DNA of 12,608 nt from Myxococcota bacterium (GTDB lineage: Bacteria > Myxococcota_A > Polyangia > Polyangiales > Sandaracinaceae). The notes beneath the pieces are model-generated. The model saw only the letters and a program-made list of their open reading frames with translations. It was not told the DNA's origin and made no database searches. Every line of letters begins with the position of its first letter. Positions within the stretch are counted from its first letter, which is position 1. Where the stretch lies: assembly GCA_036149055.1 (NCBI GenBank), contig JAYZQJ010000221.1, forward strand, positions 1-12,608. The letters run 5' to 3'. A program made the position numbers and the translations under genes. This document shows positions 1 to 7,322 of the stretch, in pieces.

Positions 1-98
1 GCTTGTCCCGACGCTCCAGGGCGGCGTTGCTCCTCCTCGCCGATGCGGGGCATCGACTCGTCGTCGCGCCTTGCCCTGAAACGCCGGTCCGGCGCCAT
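1..98 (-). CDS. Possible 5' fragment of a CDS running off the window start (MAPDRRFRARRDDESMPAS...)
   Basis: Minus strand reads AGAAGGGGAG-ATG (CAT at 96-98), SD-like but abutting the ATG, and the frame is open to base 1. No recognisable domain. Confidence 0.3.
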   Translation of the reverse strand, partial: MAPDRRFRARRDDESMPRIGEEEQRRPGASGQ

Positions 99-125
99 CT
101 CCCCTTCTACCGGTCGGATCTCCGC

Positions 126-167
126 ACCAGAGAGGGGGGGACGGAGTGAACTTGTGAACTTACATAG
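126..167 (+). repeat. Left copy of a 42-bp inverted repeat (REP/TIR-like)
   Basis: ACCAGAGAGGGGGGGACGGAGTGAACTTGTGAACTTACATAG matches the reverse complement of 1107-1148 at 38/42 positions. 137-163 is a 27-bp perfect match. Contains tandem GTGAACTT x2. Confidence 0.92.
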
Positions 168-192
168 GTCGAACGCCTACGTAGCCCCGTCG

Positions 193-558
193 TCACTCCT
201 CGCCGAGCGGCTGCCCGACGTCGATCCGGTGCCCGTCGGGATCGGCGACCACGAAGATGCGCATGCCCCACGGGGCGTCGCGGAGCGCCTCGACGATCTC
301 TCCGCCCGCCGCCTTCGCCGCGCGCTCGACCGCCATTGCGTCGCTCACGATCAGGTGCATGACGTTCTGAGACCGCGGCGCCGGATCCGAGCACACCGAG
401 AGGTGCACCTCGGCCGCGTCCTTCTTCATGACCACGTAGAGATCGGCCTGCGAGAAGGTGACCTCCAGCCCGAACGCCGACGTGTAGAAGCGCCGCGCGC
501 GCGCCATGTCGCGCACCGGGATCGTCGGCGCGGCTCGCCCGAGCGTCACGTCGGCCAT
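193..558 (-). CDS. VOC (glyoxalase/bleomycin-resistance) family protein, 121 aa
   Basis: PTIPVRDMARARRFY...FG N-terminus and DAPWGMRIFVVADPDGHRIDV C-terminus are typical VOC-fold motifs. Confidence 0.9.
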   Translation of the reverse strand: MADVTLGRAAPTIPVRDMARARRFYTSAFGLEVTFSQADLYVVMKKDAAEVHLSVCSDPAPRSQNVMHLIVSDAMAVERAAKAAGGEIVEALRDAPWGMRIFVVADPDGHRIDVGQPLGEE

Positions 559-602
559 GGCCCCTGGATACCCTCGGCGTCGCCACGTGCCAAGCTGGGG
601 TC

Positions 603-1097
603 ATGACCCCGACGGCGCCCCGGGTGACGTTCGTCCGCCTGGCGCGGGCGCACCTCGACGTCCTCCACGGCCTGGCGGTCGACCCCCACGTGCGGCGCTT
701 TCTGCTCGACGGGGAGGTCGTGCCGCGCGCCTGGTGCGACGCGGTGCTGGAGGCGAGCGACGCCCTGTACGCGGAGACCGGGCTGGGGCTGTATCTGGTG
801 GAGCGCGACGAGACGATCGGGTTCGCCGGCTTCCACGTGTTCGAGGAGCTCGGGCCGGAGCCGCAGCTGCTCTACGCGCTGACCGAGGCCCACGTCGGCC
901 AGGGGCTCGCGACCGAGATCGCGCGCGCGCTGCTCGAGCACGCCTTCGCGCTCGGGCGTACGCGCGTCGAGGCGGCGGTGGACGCGCCGAACGTGGCCTC
1001 GATCCGCGTGCTCGAGAAGGCGGGGTTCACGCGCATGCCGCGCACGGCGGCGGGCGCGTTCGGGGAGACGTACCTCTTCGAGGCGACGCGGGTGTAG
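603..1097 (+). CDS. GNAT N-acetyltransferase, RimJ/RimL-like, 164 aa
   Basis: HVGQGLATE acetyl-CoA loop and NVASIRVLEKAGF motif. Confidence 0.9.
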   Translation: MTPTAPRVTFVRLARAHLDVLHGLAVDPHVRRFLLDGEVVPRAWCDAVLEASDALYAETGLGLYLVERDETIGFAGFHVFEELGPEPQLLYALTEAHVGQGLATEIARALLEHAFALGRTRVEAAVDAPNVASIRVLEKAGFTRMPRTAAGAFGETYLFEATRV

Positions 1098-1106
1098 GGC
1101 GAAGGA

Positions 1107-1148
1107 CTACGTAAGTTCACAAGTTCACTCCGTCCCCTCGTATCTGGT
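1107..1148 (-). repeat. Right copy of the 42-bp inverted repeat; overlaps the last codons and stop of the citrate synthase-family gene
   Basis: GTAAGTTCACAAGTTCACTCCGTCCCC (1111-1137) is the exact reverse complement of 137-163. Confidence 0.92.
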
Positions 1149-2306
1149 CCCAGTGTATCTCGCGCGAGGCCGGAGGAGGGCGGGGCTCTCGCGTTGCTCG
1201 AGGGCGTGCGCGATCCAGCCGGCGGTGCGGCCGACGCCGAAGAGGGCGCTCGCGAGGTCGGGGCCGCCGCCCATGGAGCGGGCGAGGGCGTAGAGGGCGA
1301 GGTCCAGGTTGGGGTGGGCGCCGGTCGCGCGGGGGACGGCGTCGGCGAGGGCGAAGGCGACGTCGCGCTCGGGGCTGGCGTCGCCTTCCCGGGCGAGGGC
1401 GAGGAGCGGGGCCGCGCGCGGGTCGCCGTCCGGGTAGAGGGGGTGGTGGAAGCCGGGCACGGTGTCGCCCCGCGCGATCCGGTCCCGCAGGGCGCGCTCC
1501 ACGCCGACGCTCACGCACTCGCGCACGAAGGCCTCGAGGCGAAGCGAGGCCGCGCCGTGCTTCGGGCCGCTGAACGCGTAGAGCGCGGCGCCGACGCAGG
1601 CGTAGAGATCCGCGCCGCTCGAGGCGGTGACGCGGGCGGCGAAGGTCGAGACGTTCAGCTCGTGATCCGCGCACGCGACGAGGGCGGCGTTCACCCGCGC
1701 GGCGTGTCGCTCGTGCGCGAGCCCCCGGGCGACCGCCTCGGCGATGGAGCCCTTCACCTCGACCTGGCTCGCCGCCGCCGCGAGCGCGGTGACGAGGCGG
1801 CGCGCGCGCGCGTGCTCGAGGGCGGCGGTGGCGCCGTGCCGCAGCGGATCGGCGAGGGCGAGCCCCGGGAGCGCCGCGGTCATGCGGAACACGGGCGGGC
1901 CCTCGAGCGACGTCGGCGAGGCCGTGGGCCAGTCCCCGGGCTCGGCCTCCCAGAGCCGCTCCGCCACCGCCTCGTAGCGCACGCCGTCCGCGATCAACGC
2001 GCCGACGTCACGCCCGCGGTATCGCAAGCCGTCCTCCACCGAGGTGATCGCCGAGTCGAGCACCGGGTCTCCCCAGCGGAGGGCGCCGACCGCGACCGCC
2101 GCGTGCCCCCGCCGGGCCGCGCTCTTGGCCGCGAGGCGGTCCACGTCGTCGACCGCGTAGAGCCGACGTCGCCCGCCGGCCCGCACGCAGCGGACCAGGC
2201 CACGGCTGACGTAGGAGTAGAGCGTCGCCTTCTTCACGCCGAGCCGGCGGCACGCCTCCTCCGAGCGAATGTATTGATTGTCGATTCGAGCTGTCTCTCG
2301 ACCCAT
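1125..2306 (-). CDS. Citrate synthase-family protein with N-terminal excisionase/MerR-like HTH domain
   Basis: N-terminal [26 protein letters not shown]; citrate synthase motifs [45 protein letters not shown]. Start placed at ATG 2306 (TACGAT -10-like box 9 nt upstream; avoids overlap with the divergent gene). Confidence 0.88.
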   Translation of the reverse strand: MGRETARIDNQYIRSEEACRRLGVKKATLYSYVSRGLVRCVRAGGRRRLYAVDDVDRLAAKSAARRGHAAVAVGALRWGDPVLDSAITSVEDGLRYRGRDVGALIADGVRYEAVAERLWEAEPGDWPTASPTSLEGPPVFRMTAALPGLALADPLRHGATAALEHARARRLVTALAAAASQVEVKGSIAEAVARGLAHERHAARVNAALVACADHELNVSTFAARVTASSGADLYACVGAALYAFSGPKHGAASLRLEAFVRECVSVGVERALRDRIARGDTVPGFHHPLYPDGDPRAAPLLALAREGDASPERDVAFALADAVPRATGAHPNLDLALYALARSMGGGPDLASALFGVGRTAGWIAHALEQRESPALLRPRARYTGTRYEGTE

Positions 2307-2363
2307 CGCGCCATCATCGTAGACCCATGCAGAACGAGGCTCCACGACACGTCGATCATCAAT
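2273..2363. promoter_or_regulatory. Divergent promoter region with a pair of inverted ATTGATnnTCGA boxes (2273-2284 and 2352-2363)
   Basis: ATTGATTGTCGA versus the reverse complement of TCGATCATCAAT (ATTGATGATCGA), 10/12 identical. AT-rich islands placed symmetrically about the 20-bp gap between the divergent starts. Confidence 0.4.
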
Positions 2364-3130
2364 CCGCATATCTGCCGCGCTGGTCGCGCACCGCTCGGGA
2401 CTACGCGCGCCATCGGGCTGGCTTCCCGGCGTCGTTCTACGCGCGGGTCGAGCCGCTCCTCGGGCCCAGGGTCCTGGACGTCGGCACGGGGACCGGGACC
2501 GTCGCCCGGGCGCTCGCGAGGCGGGGGCACGCGGTCACCGCGATCGACGTCGCCGCCGGGCAGCTCGCCGAGGCGGTGCGGCTCGCCAACGAGGCCGACC
2601 TCGCGATCGACTTCCGGCGGGTCCCCGCGGAGCACACCGGGCTCGACGCGCGCTCCTTCGACGTCGCGATCGCGGCGCAGTGCTGGCACTGGCTCGATCG
2701 TCCGAAGGCGGCGCTGGAGATGCGTCGGCTGCTCCGCCCGGGCGGCCGCCTGCTCCTCGCCCACCTCGACTGGATCCCTCGCGCCGGCAACGTGGTCGAG
2801 GCCTCGGTGGCGCTGGTCCGGGCGCATCGCCGGGTGGAGCTGCCGCACCTCGAGCGGGTCTCGCTCGACGGCCTCTACGGCCCGTGGCTCGAGGATCTGC
2901 ACGCGGCCGGCTTCGAGCGCGTCGAGAGCTTCAGCTTCGACGTCGCCATCCCCTACACCGCCGAGTCCTGGCGCGGCCGGATGCGGGCCAGCGCGCACGT
3001 CGGCGCCACCCTCGACGACGCCGGCGTGGCCCGCTTCGACGCGGATCTCGCCGAGGCGCTCACCGCCTACGGCGACGCCTTCCCCGTCCCCCACCGCGTC
3101 TTCGTCGCGCACGCAGAGGAGCCGTCATGA
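2327..3130 (+). CDS. Class I SAM-dependent methyltransferase
   Basis: VLDVGTGTG motif [21 protein letters not shown]. The first ~15 codons have atypical codon usage, so the exact start is uncertain. Confidence 0.88.
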   Translation: MQNEAPRHVDHQSAYLPRWSRTARDYARHRAGFPASFYARVEPLLGPRVLDVGTGTGTVARALARRGHAVTAIDVAAGQLAEAVRLANEADLAIDFRRVPAEHTGLDARSFDVAIAAQCWHWLDRPKAALEMRRLLRPGGRLLLAHLDWIPRAGNVVEASVALVRAHRRVELPHLERVSLDGLYGPWLEDLHAAGFERVESFSFDVAIPYTAESWRGRMRASAHVGATLDDAGVARFDADLAEALTAYGDAFPVPHRVFVAHAEEPS

Positions 3131-3621
3131 GTCACCCCAACGTCAAGAACGTCGCCGCGCTCGAGCCCACCGCCATCGAGAAGGGCCCGCATCGCATCGT
3201 GCGCCGCCAGCTCGGTCGGCCGGCCGGGAGCCAGCAGCTCGGCTGCAGCCACATCACGATCCCGCCGGGCGGGCGGAGCTGGCCGCGGCACTGGCACGCG
3301 GTCAACGAGGAGGCGATCTACGTGCTCTCGGGCGAAGGCGTGGCGCTGATCGGCGACGAGAGGGTGCCGGTGAAGGCCGGAGACTACGTGGCGCTTCCGG
3401 TCGGCGAGGCGCACGCCCATCAGATGCGGAACGAGGGCGCCGAGGACCTCGTCTATCTCTGCTTCAGCACGATGATCCCGCACGAGATCGCGTTCTACGC
3501 CGACACCGGCAAGGTCGCGCTCTTCGCCGGCGCGGCGCCCGGGGGAGACAAGTCCGCGCGCTTCGTCGAGCGCTACGCCTACCTGGAGGACGTCGACTAC
3601 TGGGACGACGAGGGCGCTTGA
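3127..3621 (+). CDS. Cupin domain protein, 164 aa (MSHPNVKNV...)
   Basis: Metal-binding cupin motifs [17 protein letters not shown] and GDYVALP...AHQMRN. ATGA overlap with the methyltransferase stop suggests translational coupling. Confidence 0.9.
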   Translation: MSHPNVKNVAALEPTAIEKGPHRIVRRQLGRPAGSQQLGCSHITIPPGGRSWPRHWHAVNEEAIYVLSGEGVALIGDERVPVKAGDYVALPVGEAHAHQMRNEGAEDLVYLCFSTMIPHEIAFYADTGKVALFAGAAPGGDKSARFVERYAYLEDVDYWDDEGA

Positions 3622-3646
3622 CGCCGGGCGCGTCGCGCCTCAGGCT
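3618..3646 (+). promoter_or_regulatory. Putative sigma70-type promoter for the tuf leader
   Basis: TTGACG (3618-3623), 17-nt spacer, CAGGCT (3641-3646). Confidence 0.55.
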
Positions 3647-3655
3647 CAGCGAGTC

Positions 3656-3733
3656 ATGCGGCTCGACTCACGGACAGCGTCACGCACCGCGCCCGCTCTC
3701 GCAGCGGATCGGTGCACGTGCGTCCGGAGGTAG
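3656..3733 (+). CDS. Putative leader peptide (uORF) [25 protein letters not shown]
   Basis: ATG 9 nt after the -10 box, TAG at 3731-3733. Its last codons overlap the predicted antiterminator strand. Confidence 0.5.
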   Translation: MRLDSRTASRTAPALAADRCTCVRR

Positions 3734-3766
3734 AGAGCCCAGACCGCGAGCGCTCGCTCGAGCTGA

Positions 3767-3808
3767 AAGGCCCCTCCGGCACACGCCGAGAGGGGCCTTC
3801 GCAATTCT
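3767..3808 (+). terminator. Attenuator/terminator-like hairpin in the tuf leader
   Basis: AAGGCCCCTCCGGC-ACAC-GCCG(A)GAGGGGCCTT: 14-bp stem with one bulge, followed by a weak tail (CGCAATTCT). Confidence 0.6.
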
Positions 3809-3902
3809 GCGCGTCTCTCCCGGCGTCCCCCGGCGGGGCCAGGTCTCCCTCCGTCGTCCGCGAAGGTCGCGGCGCGTGAGGAGAAACGGAGAACGTAGAG
3901 AG

Positions 3903-5075
3903 ATGAACATCGAGAAGCAGCACCTGAGCGTCGGCACGATCGGCCACGTGGACCACGGCAAGACGACGCTGACGGCGGCGTTGACGGCCGCCACGGCCCA
4001 CGCGTTCGGCGGGACGGCGCGCGGCTTCGGCGACATCGACAACGCGCCCGAGGAGCGGCGGCGGGGCATCACGATCCAGGCCTCGCACGTGCAGTACGAG
4101 TCTCGGGCTCGCGTGTACGCGCACGTCGACTGCCCCGGGCACGCCGACTTCGTCAAGAACATGATCGCGGGCGCGTCCCAGATGGACGGCGCGATCCTGC
4201 TCGTGGACGGATCCGTCGGGGTGCAGGCGCAGACGCGTGAGCACGTCCTGCTCGCGAGGCAGGTCGGCGTCGAGCACGTCGTGGTGTTCGTCAACAAGGT
4301 GGACATCGCCGACCCCGAGCTGCTCGACCTCGTCGAGATCGAGGTGGCCGAGCTGCTCGAGGCGCACGACTACATCGACCCGCCCTTCGTGCGGGGCTCG
4401 GCCCTCGAGGCGCTGCGCGCCTGTGAGGAGGGGCGCTGGGACGACGCGCGGGTGGAGGAGATCCTCGCCCTCGTCGAGGCCCTCGACGCCCACGTGCCCG
4501 TGCCCGAGCGGGACTACGACGCCCCCTTCTTCATGCCCGTCGAGGGCGTGTGCAGCATCGAGGGGCTCGGCACCGTGATCACCGGCAAGGTCGAGCGCGG
4601 CCGGCTCTCGGTCGGCGCCAGCGTCGAGGTCGTCGGTCGCGGCGGCGAGCCGCGGCAGGCGGTCGTGAAAGGCATCCAGTCGTTCCACCGTGACGTGCCC
4701 GAGGCGGTCGCGGGCTGGAACGTCGGGCTGCTGCTCCGGGGCGTCGGCCGTGAAGAGATCGTGCGCGGTCAGGTCGCGGTCTCGCCCGGCTCGATCGCCT
4801 CTCACGCCACCGGCGAGGCGGAGATCTTCCTCCTCTCCGAGAAGGAGGGCGGCCGCAAGCGGCCCTTCGGATCGGGCTACGCGCCGCAGCTCTTCTTCGG
4901 CGTGGTCGGCGTGACCGGCACCCTCCGGTTCGACGAGGGCGTCATCGCGCCGGGTGACCGGGCGAGCGTCCGCTTCGAGCTCGACAAGGCGGTGGCCATC
5001 GAGCCCGGCATGCGCTTCGCCATGCGCGAGGGCGGCCGCACCATCGGCGCCGGGGTCGTGCGCGCGGTGGCGTGA
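3903..5075 (+). CDS. tuf: Divergent, stand-alone elongation factor Tu paralog, 390 aa
   Basis: [32 protein letters not shown] and C-terminal [22 protein letters not shown] upstream of ATG 3903. Not flanked by fusA/rpsJ or tRNA/secE genes. Confidence 0.95.
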   Translation: MNIEKQHLSVGTIGHVDHGKTTLTAALTAATAHAFGGTARGFGDIDNAPEERRRGITIQASHVQYESRARVYAHVDCPGHADFVKNMIAGASQMDGAILLVDGSVGVQAQTREHVLLARQVGVEHVVVFVNKVDIADPELLDLVEIEVAELLEAHDYIDPPFVRGSALEALRACEEGRWDDARVEEILALVEALDAHVPVPERDYDAPFFMPVEGVCSIEGLGTVITGKVERGRLSVGASVEVVGRGGEPRQAVVKGIQSFHRDVPEAVAGWNVGLLLRGVGREEIVRGQVAVSPGSIASHATGEAEIFLLSEKEGGRKRPFGSGYAPQLFFGVVGVTGTLRFDEGVIAPGDRASVRFELDKAVAIEPGMRFAMREGGRTIGAGVVRAVA

Positions 5076-7283
5076 TCACCCGGGCGGCGCCTCTCCCTCT
5101 TCGGCGGGAGGGGCGTCGCCCTCCTCCAGCACCAGCCGGTCGCCCTGCCAGATCCACCACTGCCGCTCCTCGCCGGGCCGCCGCACGACCAGCGCGAAGG
5201 GCTCGCGGCGCGCCCGTCCCGCGCGATCGCGGGTGCCCGACACGCTGCCTCGGCGATGATCGGGCAAGCTCTCCGCGGTCGGGAGCTGCGCCGACCAGAC
5301 CTCCCGCCGGCGATGCAGCGGCGTCGCGCTCCACTGCAGGATCCCGTCAGCGCCCAGGGAGTCGCGCGGCGCGTGGCTCGCGACCAGCAGCGTCTGCCCG
5401 CCCCCTCGAAGGGTCTCGGTCAGGAACACCTCGCCGAGCGCCCCGCCGAGGCGGTGAGTCGTGAGGCGCTCGAGCTCGCACTCGGCGTCGAGCGCGTAGG
5501 CGACGATCTCCGCGGCGCCGTAGACGTCCGGGGTGATGAGCAGGAACGCGGACCGGGGCCGGCCCTCGCTCCAGATCCGGGTGCGGACCGCGAGGCTCTC
5601 CTCGGCGGCGCGCTCGGCCTGCCCGAAGACGTCGTCGGCCTCGTCCTCGAGCTCGTCGTACACCTCACCGCCGTACACCTCCTCGAGGTAGGCGAGGCTC
5701 TCGTCCAGGATCGCGGCCCGGCTCGGCACGCAGCCCTCGAGCGGCGCGAGGAACCGCGCGGTCACCCACCCCCGCTGCCGGCGGCTCACCACGACCTGGA
5801 GGAAGCCCTCGTCGGAGTCGCCGCTCTCGTGGAGCGCGACGACGACCGTGTCGTGCGGCAGCACGCGGAGCACGTTCGGCGCGTCGGTGGTGGGCGTGCG
5901 CCGGAGGGTGAGGCGCACGGTCGAGCTCATGCGCGCCGGGCGGAGGCCCACGCTCGGATCGTAGGCCTCGGGCGCGCTCACTACGCTGCCGAGCGCCCGC
6001 ATCGCCCTCTCGAGGGCCGCCGGCGGCGTCTCTGCGGGCAGGCGCGCGGCCCAGCCGTCGTCGAGACGCGTGAAGCGGAACGGCAGCTCCCGCAGCGAGC
6101 TCGGCAGCTCGGCCCAGTCCGAGGCCAGGGCCTCGAGCGGTCGCGCCCCGGTCACCCGAACGCCCGACGGAGGTGCAGGCGTCGGTGCGGGGGGGCGTGC
6201 CGTCTCGGCGGCCGGGCCCGCGTCGGGAGGCGGCGCGGGCTCGGCGGCCGCGGGCGCGAGCTCGGCGCGCGGCGGCTCGGGCGACGCGAGCGCGAGCGCG
6301 AGGACGAGCAGCGTCGCGAGCCCGAGGGCGCCTGCCGCCGCGATCCCGATCGCCGCTCGGCCGCGACGCCGGGGCGAGGGGAGCGCCTCGGTGGGGGAGG
6401 CCATCGCGAGCCCGATCGTGCCCGGCACCGCCGGCGGGTCGGTCGCGGGGAGGGCGCCGGTGGCCGCGTCGAGCGCGTCTCGCATCGCCGCGCCGCTCGC
6501 GAAGCGCTCCGCCGCGTCTCGGCGCAGCGCCCGGTGCACGAGCTCCACGATCGCCCGCGGCAGATCGGGGCGCAGCGTGTCGAGCGGCGCGGGCTCGGTC
6601 TGGAGCGTGGCCCGGTGCACCGCGAACGCGTCGTCGCCCTCGAAGGGGCGCCGGCCGGCCAGCGCCTCGTAGAGGATCACGCCCGCCGCCCACACGTCCG
6701 CGCGCGCGTCGACGTCGCGGGCGGACTCGAACTGCTCGGGCGCCATGTAGCACGGCGTGCCCACGCTGGTGTGCGGGGCGGTGAGGTGAGGCCCGGTCCT
6801 CTTCGCGGCGCGCGAGATCCCGAAGTCGAGCAGCTTGGGGATCACCCCGTCGCCGTCCTCCGCGAGGAACACGTTCGCGGGCTTCAGATCGCGATGCACG
6901 ATGCCCGCCTCGTGGATCGCGGCGAGCCCGCCCAGCACCCCTCGCGCCCAGCTCAGCACGTCACCGAGAGGCGGCAGCCCACGCGCCAGCCGCGCGTGCA
7001 GCGTCTCGCCCGACAGCAGCGGCATCACCAGGAAGGGCGCGCCGTCCGCGTCTCCGTAGTCGAGGATGTCCACGACGTTGCGATGCTGCACCCGGGCCAC
7101 GAGCGCCGCCTCTCGCTCGAAGCGGGCGCGCGCCTCGTCGCCGTCGAGCGCCTCGCGCACCCGCTTCACGGCGACCTCGCGCCCGAGCGCGAGCTGCTCG
7201 GCTCGCCAGACCTCGCCCATCCCGCCTTCGCCCAGCCGGGCGATCAGCCGGTAGCGTCCCCCGAGGGTGTCACCCGCCTCCAC
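5076..7283 (-). CDS. Membrane Ser/Thr protein kinase with TM helix and extracytoplasmic SH3b-like domain, 735 aa
   Basis: GEGGMG, VAVK, HRDLKPAN, DFG, GTPCYMAPE. TM AAIGIAAAGALGLATLLVLALALA (~6286-6356). SH3b-like segment LTLRRTPTT...GWVTARFL (~5745-5930). GTG start. Confidence 0.92.
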   Translation of the reverse strand: MEAGDTLGGRYRLIARLGEGGMGEVWRAEQLALGREVAVKRVREALDGDEARARFEREAALVARVQHRNVVDILDYGDADGAPFLVMPLLSGETLHARLARGLPPLGDVLSWARGVLGGLAAIHEAGIVHRDLKPANVFLAEDGDGVIPKLLDFGISRAAKRTGPHLTAPHTSVGTPCYMAPEQFESARDVDARADVWAAGVILYEALAGRRPFEGDDAFAVHRATLQTEPAPLDTLRPDLPRAIVELVHRALRRDAAERFASGAAMRDALDAATGALPATDPPAVPGTIGLAMASPTEALPSPRRRGRAAIGIAAAGALGLATLLVLALALASPEPPRAELAPAAAEPAPPPDAGPAAETARPPAPTPAPPSGVRVTGARPLEALASDWAELPSSLRELPFRFTRLDDGWAARLPAETPPAALERAMRALGSVVSAPEAYDPSVGLRPARMSSTVRLTLRRTPTTDAPNVLRVLPHDTVVVALHESGDSDEGFLQVVVSRRQRGWVTARFLAPLEGCVPSRAAILDESLAYLEEVYGGEVYDELEDEADDVFGQAERAAEESLAVRTRIWSEGRPRSAFLLITPDVYGAAEIVAYALDAECELERLTTHRLGGALGEVFLTETLRGGGQTLLVASHAPRDSLGADGILQWSATPLHRRREVWSAQLPTAESLPDHRRGSVSGTRDRAGRARREPFALVVRRPGEERQWWIWQGDRLVLEEGDAPPAEEGEAPPG

Positions 7284-7322
7284 TGCGCGGGTAGACGCGC
7301 GGCGATCGGGCGTCGATTCCCG

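Noticed and set aside
137..1137. CRISPR array or autonomous IS element explanation for the repeats
   Set aside because: Only two copies, inverted rather than direct, no spacers or cas genes, no transposase and no visible target-site duplication.
2680..3126. 313-aa version of the cupin ORF
   Set aside because: Overlaps the methyltransferase out of frame. ATGA coupling at 3127 gives a normal-size cupin.
3656..3673. Macrolide-arrest R/K-x-R/K motif in the uORF (MRLD...)
   Set aside because: The sequence is RLD, not RLR, so no specific arrest motif can be claimed.
1194..3902. 1293-aa ORF suggesting a giant N-terminal extension on EF-Tu
   Set aside because: Stop-poor GC-rich frame that runs antisense to citrate synthase and off-frame across the methyltransferase and cupin. 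EF-Tu homology and the SD start at 3903.
3903..5075. SelB or tuf pseudogene
   Set aside because: No SelB C-terminal winged-helix extension. The frame is intact with all GTPase motifs and normal codon bias.
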